Source: Chloroflexia bacterium
GTDB taxonomy: Bacteria; Chloroflexota; Chloroflexia; DTKN01
DNA length: 64,000 nt
Assembly (NCBI GenBank): GCA_016928715.1
Contig: JAFGKG010000219.1
Span: forward strand, 29,671-93,670
Reading direction: 5' to 3'
Shown: positions 50,309-59,873 of the stretch, in pieces
How positions within the stretch are numbered: position 1 is the first letter of the stretch
Layout of the letters: each line of letters starts with the position of its first letter
Position numbers and translations under genes: made by a program
The notes under the pieces: model-generated
What the model saw: the letters and a program-made list of their open reading frames with translations, nothing else
Databases searched by the model: none
Told to the model about the DNA's origin: nothing

Positions 50309-51262
50309 CTACTCCTCAGACTTTTTTCGTCGCCAGCGCACGATCAGCCAGATCGGCAGGCCAAAGACGAGGCCCAGCAGGAGCAGCAGGGGCAGTACGA
50401 TGGTGACAAAGTTGATCAGTACGACCAACAAGTTCTGCAGGATCTCGACCAGGTTGCTGGCGGCCCGGCGAAAGATTTTTCCTGGGTCAAAGCCCTCCTC
50501 TACGACAGGCTGCTCGATGTCGGGATCGCGGGGGGTCAGCTCCACGCTGATGGTGGCCATGGCGGACATTTGCTCCAGGTACTGCATGCGGCCCTGGATC
50601 TGCTCGATCTGGCTGCGGATATTGGTGAGCTGTTCGTGGATGGCCAGGATGGCGTTGGCCTTTTCCTCGGCATTGCCCTCGCTCTCTCGAACCTCGGTGA
50701 GTAGGGCCAGCAGTTCAATCTCGGTGGCCTGTAGGGTCTTGAGTCGGGATTGCAGGTCGACGTACTGGTCGGTGACGTCCTCGCCGCTGACGTCCTCGCG
50801 GGTGACCTTCCAGGCCAGGCCGCGGAGCTGCGAGAGGGCCTCGTCAAAGCGGTCTGCCGGCACCCGCAGGGTGATCTGGGCCGCCAGGCGGTCGGTGTGG
50901 GTGCGGTAGGTACTGGATTGGACGATATAGCCCTCCATTCCTCGGACCATGTCCAATACCTGCGGCAGGGTCTGTTCGACGTCCTCGACGAGGATCGAGA
51001 TGGAACCGGTCTGGATGACCATGCGCTCGATGGTGACGCCGGCTTGGGCCTCGATGTCGCTCACGGTTCCACGGCTGCCGAGCTCATTTTTGTCATAGAC
51101 AGCGTCGGGGGCGTGCTCGGATTCGCGGGGGGCGTTCACCGCCTCGTCGTATCCGGCTGCTCCATAGCTTTCCTGCGGATTGGGCCGGACCAGGGCGACG
51201 ATGACGACGATGGCGACGATGGCGAGGAGTGTCCACAGGGCGTACTTGGCCAACTTTTTCAT
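50309..51262 (-). CDS. DUF4349 domain-containing protein
   Basis: RMVIQTGSI, TLRVPA..FD, EDVTDQYVDL, coiled coil, C-terminal TM. Confidence 0.88.
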   Translation of the reverse strand: MKKLAKYALWTLLAIVAIVVIVALVRPNPQESYGAAGYDEAVNAPRESEHAPDAVYDKNELGSRGTVSDIEAQAGVTIERMVIQTGSISILVEDVEQTLPQVLDMVRGMEGYIVQSSTYRTHTDRLAAQITLRVPADRFDEALSQLRGLAWKVTREDVSGEDVTDQYVDLQSRLKTLQATEIELLALLTEVRESEGNAEEKANAILAIHEQLTNIRSQIEQIQGRMQYLEQMSAMATISVELTPRDPDIEQPVVEEGFDPGKIFRRAASNLVEILQNLLVVLINFVTIVLPLLLLLGLVFGLPIWLIVRWRRKKSEE

Positions 51263-51356
51263 TTGAAACCTCCTTCAAGGGCGATCGATTGTTTATCCCC
51301 GCTTTTGGGGGCTCTGTTAGATAGACGCTCCTCGCCGCAAAAAGATTTCACTTAGA

Positions 51357-53255
51357 TCACACCTCGCGGAATTCACCTTCGACGGTGCGGTCGTCCGCTG
51401 GTGGTGTTTCGCCACTACCCGCCGGCGCCGGCCCGGCCTCGGCCTCAGGTCCGCTCTCATAGACGCTCTGTCCGATCTTTTGGGCTGACTGGGACAGCTC
51501 CTGCATGGCGACGCTGATTTGCTCGGTGCTGTCGCCTTCCAGGGCGCTGCGCACGGCGGCAATTTTCCCCTCCACCTCGCTGCGAATGTCGGCCGGCACC
51601 TTGTCCCCCAGGTCGGCTAACGTGCGCTCGATCTGGTAGGCTAGGTTGTCGGCCTGGTTGCGCGTTTCGACCTCCTGCTTGTGGCGCAGGTCCTCCTCGG
51701 CGTGTTTTTCGGCATCCTGGACCATCTGGTCAATCTCGGTCTCGCTGAGGCCGCTGGATGCTTTGATGGTGATCTTTTGTTCCCGTCCGGTGGCCTTGTC
51801 CTTGGCTGAGACGTGCAGGATGCCGTCGGCGTCGATGTCAAAGGTGACCTCGATCTGGGGGATGCCCCGGGGGGCCGGCGGGATGCCGTCCAGGATGAAT
51901 TGACCCAGGGTCTTGTTGTTGGCGGCCATAGGCCTTTCGCCCTGCAGGACGTGGATCTCGACGCTGGGCTGATTCTCGGTGGCGGTGGAAAATATCTGGC
52001 TTTTGCGCACCGGGATGGTTGTGTTGCGGGGGATGATCGATGTCATTACGCCGCCCAGTGTTTCCACGCCCAGGGTCAGCGGGGTGACGTCCAAGAGCAG
52101 CACGTCCTTGACCTCGCCGCCCAGGACGCCGGCCTGGATGGCCGCGCCTACGGCGACCACTTCGTCGGGATTGATGCCCTTGTGAGGCTCTTTGCCAAAA
52201 TGGTCGCGCACGGTCTTTTGCACCAGGGGCATGCGTGTCTGCCCACCGACCAGGATAACCTCGTCGATCTGGCCGGTTTGCAGGTTGGCGTCGGACAGGG
52301 CCTGCTTGACCGGTCCCAGGCTGCGTTCGACCAGGTCGCCGACGAGCTGTTCCAGCTTGGCCCGGGTCAGCTTGATCTGCATGTGCTTGGGGCCGCTGGC
52401 GTCGGCGGTGATAAAGGGCAGGTTGATCTCGGTCTCGGCCAGGGTGGACAGTTCGATCTTGGCCTTTTCGCCGGCCTCTTTGAGCCGCTGCAGGGCCATG
52501 CGGTCCTGGGAGAGATCGATGCCGTGATCCCTTTTGAACTCTTGCACCAGCCAGTCGATGATGCGCTGGTCAAAGTCATCGCCGCCCAGGTGGGTGTCGC
52601 CATTGGTGGAGCGGACCTCGAACAGGCCCTCCCCGATTTCCAAGATTGAGATGTCAAAGGTGCCGCCGCCCAGGTCATAGACGGCAATGACCTCGCTCCC
52701 CTGCTTTTCCAGCCCATAGGCCAGGGAGGATGCGGTGGGTTCGTTGATGATGCGCAGCACTTCCAGGCCGGCGATGCGGCCGGCGTCCTTGGTCGCCTGG
52801 CGTTGGCTGTCGTTAAAGTAGGCCGGCACGGTAATGACCGCCTGTTTCACCTCTTCGCCCAGGTAGGATTCGGCGTCCTGCTTGAGTTTTTGCAGGATCA
52901 TGGCCGAAACCTGGGGGGGCGAGTATTCCTTTCCACCCATTACCACGCGCACGTCGCCGTTGGGCGCGGCGGTCATCTCGTAGGGGACGAGCTTGCAGTC
53001 GGCCTGTACGCTGGGGTCGTTGTATTTGCGGCCCATAAAGCGCTTGATCGAAAAGACCGTGTTCTCTGGGTTCGTGATGGCCTGGCGGCGAGCGATGCGC
53101 CCGACCATCCTTTCCCCTGTCTTGGGATTGACCGCCACGACGGAGGGGGTAAGCCGTTCTCCTTCGGCGTTTGTAATGACCACCGCTTCGTTGCCCTCCA
53201 TCACGGCGACGACCGAGTTGGTTGTTCCCAAGTCAATTCCAATTACTCTGGCCAT
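51357..53255 (-). CDS. dnaK: Chaperone DnaK
   Basis: [32 protein letters not shown]. Confidence 0.99.
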   Translation of the reverse strand: MARVIGIDLGTTNSVVAVMEGNEAVVITNAEGERLTPSVVAVNPKTGERMVGRIARRQAITNPENTVFSIKRFMGRKYNDPSVQADCKLVPYEMTAAPNGDVRVVMGGKEYSPPQVSAMILQKLKQDAESYLGEEVKQAVITVPAYFNDSQRQATKDAGRIAGLEVLRIINEPTASSLAYGLEKQGSEVIAVYDLGGGTFDISILEIGEGLFEVRSTNGDTHLGGDDFDQRIIDWLVQEFKRDHGIDLSQDRMALQRLKEAGEKAKIELSTLAETEINLPFITADASGPKHMQIKLTRAKLEQLVGDLVERSLGPVKQALSDANLQTGQIDEVILVGGQTRMPLVQKTVRDHFGKEPHKGINPDEVVAVGAAIQAGVLGGEVKDVLLLDVTPLTLGVETLGGVMTSIIPRNTTIPVRKSQIFSTATENQPSVEIHVLQGERPMAANNKTLGQFILDGIPPAPRGIPQIEVTFDIDADGILHVSAKDKATGREQKITIKASSGLSETEIDQMVQDAEKHAEEDLRHKQEVETRNQADNLAYQIERTLADLGDKVPADIRSEVEGKIAAVRSALEGDSTEQISVAMQELSQSAQKIGQSVYESGPEAEAGPAPAGSGETPPADDRTVEGEFREV

Positions 53256-53305
53256 GGACGTTCCTCCTGACTGTCTTTTTTCCAGGGGCAGACAAGCGGC
53301 CCCGT

Positions 53306-53938
53306 TTACTCGGCAGTTGTTTCCAAAGGTTCTTTGTCGGGGGCTTTTCCCGGAGAGGTCATGGCCCGTCCGACCTTGACCATGGTGGGACGGAGCACCC
53401 GATCGTGTAGCTTGTAGCCTTTTTGCAATTCCTGTAGGACCTCTTGATCCCGTTCCAGATCGACCTCTTCAAAAAGGATCCCGTCGTGATAGTAGGGATC
53501 GAAGGTTTCCCCTATGGCTTGGATGACCTGCAGGCCGTGCTGCTGCAGGGTGGTCCGCAGACGATGGTGGATCAATTGAATGCCCTCGATCCAGGGGGTC
53601 TGGTCCTGTTGATTCTGCGGCAGCGATTCTATGGCTCGATCCAGGTCGTCCAGTACGGGCAGCAGGTGCCCGATGAGTTCGGCGTTGGCCTGGCGGACCA
53701 TAGTTTCCCGTTCCTGCTGTATGCGCTTTTTATAGTTGCGCAGTTCAGCGACGGTCCTCAGCCATTGGTCGTGGTACTCGGCGGCCTGGACATTCGCCTG
53801 CTCCAATTCCTGCCGTAGGATGTCCATTTCGTCCAGGGGTGCTTTTTGCTCCTCCGGCGATTCCGCCTCCGGTGCGGGGGATGTTGCTTCGGGCTCGTTT
53901 TCCGCAGGAGCGTCTCGTCGTTCTTTTTCCTTGGGCAT
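53306..53938 (-). CDS. grpE: Nucleotide exchange factor GrpE
   Basis: [35 protein letters not shown]; between hrcA and dnaK. Confidence 0.95.
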   Translation of the reverse strand: MPKEKERRDAPAENEPEATSPAPEAESPEEQKAPLDEMDILRQELEQANVQAAEYHDQWLRTVAELRNYKKRIQQERETMVRQANAELIGHLLPVLDDLDRAIESLPQNQQDQTPWIEGIQLIHHRLRTTLQQHGLQVIQAIGETFDPYYHDGILFEEVDLERDQEVLQELQKGYKLHDRVLRPTMVKVGRAMTSPGKAPDKEPLETTAE

Positions 53939-53970
53939 ATCTGCGCTTACCTCCTTGTACCTTGGGCCTT

Positions 53971-55011
53971 TTAGCCGGGCAGTTGTCCCAAAAGCTCGCT
54001 CATCAGGCGGGCGATAAAGTGTACCGAAGAGACAGATCGCGGATAGGGCATCCGGGTGGGCCCTAGGATGCCTAGGACTCCCTCCAGTCGGCCCTCCAAC
54101 CCATAGCGGGAGACGACCATGCTGTAGTTGCGCATCTCTTTGTGCCGGCTTTCCCCGCCAATGATGATCTGGACGCCGTTCTGCTGCAGTGCCCGGCCCA
54201 GCAACTCGGCCAGCAGCGTGGGTTGGTCCAATATCTCTAGGAATTCGCGGGTGCGTTCCACCGCGGCGAACTCGGGCTGGCTCAGGGCCTGAATGAGGCC
54301 GTCCCGAATGATGGGCTCGCACTCCCAGCGGTTCAGTTGCTCCATCGTGCCGACGACCAGGTCTCGCACCTGTCTTTCCAGGCGCGACCACTCCTCCGAT
54401 CCAAGGGAGGCAATCTGGGCCGCGGACTGTCCCTGCATCTGCTCGTTGAGCTTGTTGGCCATCTGGCTCAATTCGTCCTGGGTGATGCTTTCGTCCAGGG
54501 TGAGCATATGCTGGCGGATGGTGCCATCCCGTAGGATGACGACGAGCAGTACCCGCGTCTCATAGACCGAGAGCATCTCCAGGTGCTTGAAATGGATCTG
54601 CGGGGAGCGGGCCGGTGTGACCATGGCCGTGCTCTGGGAGAGACGGGCCAGGGCTGCCGCGGCCAGGCGGGACCATTCCTCCATGTCGGTGCGAACCTGG
54701 TAGAATTGGTGCCGGATCATGCGGCGATCGTCGGAGGACAGCGGCTGCCATTCCATCAACTGCTCCACAAAGTAGCGATAGCCGCTGTCGGTGGGGATGC
54801 GGCCGGCCGAGGTGTGTGGATGGGTCAGCAGCCCGATCTCTTCCAGAAAGGACAGCTCGTTACGCACCGTGGCCGAACTGACCCTCAGTCCGTATTTGCG
54901 CACCAGGGTTTCGGATGCCACCGGCGTGGCCGTTTTGACGTATTCCTGGATGACCAGGCGCAGAATCTGTTGTCGACGCTTGGTTAATTCAAAACGTTCT
55001 TGGGTTGCCAT
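53971..55011 (-). CDS. hrcA: Heat-inducible transcription repressor HrcA
   Basis: SSATVRNE, HTSAGRIPT..GYRYFV, LGPTRM.Y. Confidence 0.97.
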   Translation of the reverse strand: MATQERFELTKRRQQILRLVIQEYVKTATPVASETLVRKYGLRVSSATVRNELSFLEEIGLLTHPHTSAGRIPTDSGYRYFVEQLMEWQPLSSDDRRMIRHQFYQVRTDMEEWSRLAAAALARLSQSTAMVTPARSPQIHFKHLEMLSVYETRVLLVVILRDGTIRQHMLTLDESITQDELSQMANKLNEQMQGQSAAQIASLGSEEWSRLERQVRDLVVGTMEQLNRWECEPIIRDGLIQALSQPEFAAVERTREFLEILDQPTLLAELLGRALQQNGVQIIIGGESRHKEMRNYSMVVSRYGLEGRLEGVLGILGPTRMPYPRSVSSVHFIARLMSELLGQLPG

Positions 55012-55028
55012 ATCCTGGCTCCATACTT

Positions 55029-55055
55029 TTAGCACTCCAAATATCAGAGTGCTAA
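55029..55055. promoter_or_regulatory. CIRCE element (HrcA operator)
   Basis: Perfect TTAGCACTC-N9-GAGTGCTAA. Confidence 0.97.
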
Positions 55056-55068
55056 TCAGCCAGAAACC

Positions 55069-55097
55069 AGTTTAGCATGCCCAAGGGCCTTTGTCAA
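55069..55097 (-). promoter_or_regulatory. sigma70 promoter of hrcA-grpE-dnaK
   Basis: TTGACA-N17-TAAACT with TG extension, directly upstream of CIRCE. Confidence 0.8.
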
Positions 55098-55134
55098 GCC
55101 TTTTGGTGACCAGGTAGGGGAGGAGGGCGGATTT

Positions 55135-56319
55135 CTAATGAAACGTTAAGCTTGTGCCGAAAAAGCGTTCCAGACGGGTGCAGGCTTGGGCCAGTTCGCT
55201 CAGGTCGACGGCGCCATAGGAGAGGCGCAGGCAGCCCTCTCCGTAGGGGCCAAAGAGGCTGCCGGGGATGGTGACGACGTGGGCTTGCTGCAAGAGATCG
55301 AGGGCCAACTGGAACGAGTCCCTGCAGCCGGCCACCTGGACAAAGGCGAAAAAGCCGCCCCGGGCGGGTTGCCAGCTCAGGCCCGGGATCCGGGGCAGCC
55401 GCTCCAGCAGCAGTTGCCTCCTTTGCGCCAGGACGTCGCGGCGTTGGGCCAGGGCCGTGCTGGGCGCTTGCAGGGCGCCCAGGGCGGCTTTTTGGGCGAT
55501 CACGCTGGCGCAGATGACCATGGTGTCCTGCACCTTGAGCGCCTCTTGCACGAAATCGGCCGGGGCGACCAGAAAGCCAACGCGCCATCCGGTCATGCTG
55601 TAGGACTTGGAAAAACTGCTGATGGTAATGACCTGGTCGCGGATCTCGGGCCGGCTGGCAGGGCTGAAATGGCGGGCCTCCTCGTAGACAAAGTGCTGGT
55701 AGGTCTCGTCGGTGATGATGGCGATGCCGCGGCCAGCCAGTTCCTGGCAGAGGTCGTTTAGTTCCTGCGGGTCATAGACGGCCCCAGTGGGATTGTTAGG
55801 GGTGACCAGGACGATGGCCCGGGGTAGCGGGTTCAGGTAGGGTAGCAGTTCCCGCCGGCGCAATTGAAAACCATCGGATGGGTCCAGGGGGATCTCGACG
55901 GGGATGGCCCCGGCCAGGCACACGGCCATGTGGTGGTTAAAAAAGTAGGGAGCGGGCAGCAGGACCCGGTCGCCGGGGTCCAGCAGGGTCAAGAGGGCGG
56001 TCAGGAAGGCCTGGTTGGCCCCGGCGGTGATGAGGATCTCGCTGTTCGGGTCGGCGTGGATGCCGTTCTGCGCCCGTAGGGTCTCGCCGAGCTGCCGGCG
56101 CAGGGCCGGCAGCCCGGCGTCGGGGCTGTAGATGTGCGTTTCGTCCTCGTCCAGGGCCCGGCGGGCGGCGTCGATGGCCTGGGTCAGGGGCGGCAGATTG
56201 GGGATGGCCTGCCCCAGGTTGATGACGTGGGCGCCGGCCCGGCGCAGCGCTGTCGTGCGCAGCTTGATCTCGTCGATGAGCGCCGGGGTGAGTTGGCGGG
56301 TGCGGTCGGAGACATGCAT
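55135..56319 (-). CDS. PLP-dependent class I/II aminotransferase
   Basis: TAGANQA, TPNNPTG, DETY, SFSKSYSMTGWRVG. Confidence 0.93.
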   Translation of the reverse strand: MHVSDRTRQLTPALIDEIKLRTTALRRAGAHVINLGQAIPNLPPLTQAIDAARRALDEDETHIYSPDAGLPALRRQLGETLRAQNGIHADPNSEILITAGANQAFLTALLTLLDPGDRVLLPAPYFFNHHMAVCLAGAIPVEIPLDPSDGFQLRRRELLPYLNPLPRAIVLVTPNNPTGAVYDPQELNDLCQELAGRGIAIITDETYQHFVYEEARHFSPASRPEIRDQVITISSFSKSYSMTGWRVGFLVAPADFVQEALKVQDTMVICASVIAQKAALGALQAPSTALAQRRDVLAQRRQLLLERLPRIPGLSWQPARGGFFAFVQVAGCRDSFQLALDLLQQAHVVTIPGSLFGPYGEGCLRLSYGAVDLSELAQACTRLERFFGTSLTFH

Positions 56320-56323
56320 GGCT

Positions 56324-56716
56324 TTACCCTTGAGCTAACTCCTGAACCCGTTCCACCAGGGCCGGCGAGCCCGAGACAAAGATCTTGGTCCAATAGCCCG
56401 GATTGGCGTGGCCTTCGATCTCGTAATCTTGGCCGCGCAGCAAAAAATCGATTTGCCAGCCAAAGAATCCGTCCTGGACCTCGGCGTAGGCGCTTTCCCA
56501 GTTGCTGGGGGCAAAGGATACCGGATCATCCCATTCGCCGGCGTCGATGCCGTGCAGTACGTAGTACAGTTGGTTGGGTTGGCGGTCCAGCGCCTGGCAG
56601 ATTCGCTCGATGGCGCGCAAAAAGGCCTCGAGCCCGTTGCCCCGCTCGAATTCGATCTCCGCCTCCACCCGCTCTGGTGTGGAGGACGTGGGTGCTTCCT
56701 GGGCTGGTTCTCCCAT
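56324..56716 (-). CDS. Hypothetical protein
   Basis: 130-aa ORF fills the gap between hutU and the aminotransferase in the same orientation. Confidence 0.6.
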   Translation of the reverse strand: MGEPAQEAPTSSTPERVEAEIEFERGNGLEAFLRAIERICQALDRQPNQLYYVLHGIDAGEWDDPVSFAPSNWESAYAEVQDGFFGWQIDFLLRGQDYEIEGHANPGYWTKIFVSGSPALVERVQELAQG

Positions 56717-56734
56717 TTTATCAACCTTGGACGG

Positions 56735-58405
56735 TCAGCTTTTAACCGTATCGGGCAGCATAGGCACCTGGACCCCGCGATCCCTGGCTACATTGATGGC
56801 TTTCTCGTAGCCGGCGTCGGCGTGGCGGGCGACGCCCAGGCCGGGATCGTTGGTCAGTACGCGCTGAAGCTTGTCGTCGGCCTCGCGGCTGCCGTCGGCG
56901 ACGATGACCATGCCGGCATGCAGGGAATAGCCGATACCCACGCCGCCGCCGTGGTGGAACGAGACCCAGGTGGCCCCAGAGGCGGTGTTCAGCAGGGCGT
57001 TGAGCACGGGCCAGTCGGCGATGGCGTCCGAACCGTCGCGCATGCTCTCGGTCTCGCGATTGGGCGAGGCTACCGAGCCGGTGTCCAGATGGTCGCGGCC
57101 GATGACGATGGGCGCCTTGACCTTGCCGCTGCGGACTAGCTCGTTAAAGGCCAGGCCTGCCTTGGCCCGCTCGCCATAGCCCAGCCAGCAGATGCGGCAG
57201 GGCAGCCCCTGGAACTGGACCTTTTTCTGGGCCATGCGGATCCAGCGGGCTAGGGCCTCGTCTTGGGGAAAGAGTTGCAGGATGGTCTCGTCCGTGGCAT
57301 AGATGTCCTGAGGATCACCCGATAGGGCGGCCCAACGGAAGGGGCCTTTGCCCTCGCAAAAGAGCGGCCGGATAAAGGCGGGCACAAAGCCAGGATAGTC
57401 AAAGGCGTTCTCCACGCCGGCCTTGAGGGCCTGCCCGCGCAGGTTGTTGCCATAGTCAAATACCACGGCGCCCCGTTGCTGGAAGGCCAGCATGGCCCGG
57501 CAGTGCCGGGCCATCGAGTCCATAGCGCGGCGGATGTACTCATCGGGCTGTTCCTCCCGCAGGCGCAGGGCATCCTCATAGGGGAGTCCCTCGGGGACGT
57601 AGCCGCGCAGGGCGTCGTGGGCCGAGGTCTGGTCGGTGACGACATCGGGTGTGATGCCGCGGACGACCAGCTCGTCCAAGACCTCGGCGGCGTTGCCCAA
57701 CAGCCCGATTGATTTGGCCTGGCCCTGCTCGGTGGCTTCCTGCACCCAGGTCATGGCCTCTTCCAGGTCCTCGGTCATGATGTCCAGGTAGGCCGTGTCC
57801 AGGCGGCGCTGGATGCGCTGCCGGTCCACCTCGACGATGAGGGCGACGCCCTCGTTCATAGTGATGGCCAGGGGCTGCGCGCCGCCCATGCCGCCCAGGC
57901 CGGCGCTGAGGACCAGGCGGCCGCGCAGGGTGCCGCCAAAGTGCTGGCGGGCCAGTTCGGCCAGGGTCTCGTATGTGCCCTGGAGAATGCCCTGGGTGCC
58001 GATATAGATCCAGCTTCCGGCCGTCATCTGGCCGTACATGATCAGACCCTTGGCCTCCAGCTCCCAAAAGTGCTCCCAGTTGGCCCAGGCCGGCACCAGC
58101 ACCGAGTTGGCAATGAGCACCCGCGGGGCCTCGGGCGTCGTTTTAAAGACGCCGACCGGTTTGCCCGACTGGACGCAGAGCGTTTCGTCGTCCCCCAGTT
58201 CGCGCAGGCAGCGTACGATGGCGTCAAAGCAGTCCCAGTTGCGGGCCGCCTTGCCGGTGCCTCCGTAGACGATGAGCTGGTCGGGATCCTCGGCTACTTG
58301 GGGGTCGAGATTGTTCATGAGCATGCGCAGGGCGGCCTCTTGGGCCCAGCCCCGGCACGAGATTTTGCCCCCCCGGGGGGCGCGGACGACGCGTGGTCCG
58401 GACAT
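56735..58405 (-). CDS. hutU: Urocanate hydratase
   Basis: [60 protein letters not shown]. Confidence 0.98.
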   Translation of the reverse strand: MSGPRVVRAPRGGKISCRGWAQEAALRMLMNNLDPQVAEDPDQLIVYGGTGKAARNWDCFDAIVRCLRELGDDETLCVQSGKPVGVFKTTPEAPRVLIANSVLVPAWANWEHFWELEAKGLIMYGQMTAGSWIYIGTQGILQGTYETLAELARQHFGGTLRGRLVLSAGLGGMGGAQPLAITMNEGVALIVEVDRQRIQRRLDTAYLDIMTEDLEEAMTWVQEATEQGQAKSIGLLGNAAEVLDELVVRGITPDVVTDQTSAHDALRGYVPEGLPYEDALRLREEQPDEYIRRAMDSMARHCRAMLAFQQRGAVVFDYGNNLRGQALKAGVENAFDYPGFVPAFIRPLFCEGKGPFRWAALSGDPQDIYATDETILQLFPQDEALARWIRMAQKKVQFQGLPCRICWLGYGERAKAGLAFNELVRSGKVKAPIVIGRDHLDTGSVASPNRETESMRDGSDAIADWPVLNALLNTASGATWVSFHHGGGVGIGYSLHAGMVIVADGSREADDKLQRVLTNDPGLGVARHADAGYEKAINVARDRGVQVPMLPDTVKS

Positions 58406-58651
58406 GGTGACCTCCTTGTCTGATGGGATGATCCCTGGCGGGGATAAGGCCAGGTGCTTTTCCTAGGTCAATTATACCACATTTCTGGCGAACCGAGCGC
58501 TGTTGGGTAGCGGATGGCAAGACATTAGCGCGTTCGTGCGTTGGAACGTGGACACGTTGGCACATTGTCGCGCCAGGCCGGATGGACGGTTGAACGTTTG
58601 CTGCGGATGAAAGACAGGGGCGAGAAGAAATGGGAAGAACCTTTGATCTGG

Positions 58652-58680
58652 TTGACTTTTTGGCCTACTTGTCGTACAGT
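58652..58680 (+). promoter_or_regulatory. sigma70-type promoter ~320 nt upstream of the Pro/Thr-rich gene
   Basis: TTGACT-N17-TACAGT. Confidence 0.5.
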
Positions 58681-58832
58681 AGGGGGCGATTGGGAGGAAG
58701 AAAGGCTGCGCGGCTGTCCGCTGCTGCTGGACCGCCGCACCCGCCGGGTTATCCTGGTGCGGCGGAATCTAGCCATCTTGGCCAAGAATTACGGACGGCT
58801 GGAGTACTTTGCGGCGCTTGTTAAAAGACAAA

Positions 58833-58965
58833 GCCGAACGGCCCCGCCTGATCGAGATGGTGCCGGGTATGGCGACCTCTTTATCGGCGCGGTGGAGGTC
58901 GAGCCCTGAAACGCCAAGCCCCCGCCGCATGCGGCCGCGGGGGTAGAAATAGCAGAGGGCGGCCG
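58833..58965 (+). ncRNA. Candidate structured cis-regulatory RNA (riboswitch-like leader)
   Basis: Stems CCTG/CGGG around GAGA loop, GGC-GACCTC/GAGGTC-GA-GCC and CCCCCGC/GCGGGGG, with purine-rich junctions GCCGAA, GCCAA, GTAG, shortly before the RBS. Confidence 0.4.
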
Positions 58966-59002
58966 GCCGCCGCTCCGACGGACAATGGAAAGGTGGTGGG
59001 CG

Positions 59003-59866
59003 ATGAAATTGCGTAGGACGCTGCTGCCGTTGTTGGCGCTGTTGGGGCTGTTGATGGGGGGAGGGGGGCCGGCCCGGGCCGGCCAGATCCCGCCGACCAA
59101 GACGCCCTTTCCCACCGTGACCAAGACGCCCTTTCCCACCGTGACCAAGACGCCCTTTCCCACCGTGACCCCGGCGCCGCCCACGGCGCTGCCCACGGCC
59201 ATCGTGCTGCCCACCCCGCCGTCCACGGCCGCGCCCCCGCTGTCCACAGCCACGCCCCCGCCGCCCACAGCCGCATCAACGGCCGCCCCACCTCCCACCC
59301 GCCGGCCGGCGGCCACCGCTACGCCCACAGAGCCCGTCCCTCCCACCGCTGCGCCTACCTGCCCGCCCGCGACGGCCCTCCCGCCCAGCGCGCCGCCGGC
59401 CGCGCCCAGCGCCACTGCCACCGCCGTGCTTTCGCCCACGCGCACCCCCACGCCCACACGCACCCCCACGCCCACGCGCACCCCCACGCCCACGCCCCGG
59501 CCCACGGACACTGCCCCACCTACTGCCACGGACACCGCGCCGGTCCCGACCACCGCCGTGCCCTCACCCTCCCCGGCGCTGTCGCCCACGCCCCTGTCGA
59601 CGGTGGGCAGTGGGGATGGGGAAAATCGCCCCACACTGCCGCTGCTGCTGGCCGGCGCGGGGGCGCTGGGACTGCTGTTGGGTCTGGTACTGCTGCTGCG
59701 CCGCTCGCAGGGGCGGGTGGCGGCTGTGCCTCCGCTGGTTGTGGAAACCGCCGTGACGCCGGACGCAGTGCCGGAAGCCGCACTTGCCCCAGACATGGGC
59801 CGGCCCTACAGCCTGGATCGAGGGGAATTGCGCCGCCTGTGGCAGCGCTTTGCGCGGAGATTATAG
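59003..59866 (+). CDS. Secreted Pro/Thr-rich protein with C-terminal membrane anchor
   Basis: Signal peptide (ARA|G), long PT stalk, C-terminal TM followed by RR. Confidence 0.75.
   Translation: MKLRRTLLPLLALLGLLMGGGGPARAGQIPPTKTPFPTVTKTPFPTVTKTPFPTVTPAPPTALPTAIVLPTPPSTAAPPLSTATPPPPTAASTAAPPPTRRPAATATPTEPVPPTAAPTCPPATALPPSAPPAAPSATATAVLSPTRTPTPTRTPTPTRTPTPTPRPTDTAPPTATDTAPVPTTAVPSPSPALSPTPLSTVGSGDGENRPTLPLLLAGAGALGLLLGLVLLLRRSQGRVAAVPPLVVETAVTPDAVPEAALAPDMGRPYSLDRGELRRLWQRFARRL
59096..59170 (+). repeat. 24-bp tandem repeat x3 (TKTPFPTV)
   Basis: GACCAAGACGCCCTTTCCCACCGT repeated three times exactly. Confidence 0.9.
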
Positions 59867-59873
59867 GGAGAAC

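Noticed and set aside
58847-58872. CCTGATCGAGATGGTGCC resembling the TPP riboswitch 3' half
   Set aside because: The essential upstream GCTGAGA motif is absent and the downstream gene is unrelated to thiamine
58541-58909. 122-aa + strand ORF in the hutU / Pro-rich intergenic region
   Set aside because: TTG start without a clear RBS, no motifs, and it spans a predicted promoter
59096-59170. CRISPR array
   Set aside because: Repeats are contiguous, in-frame coding units without spacers; no cas genes in the window
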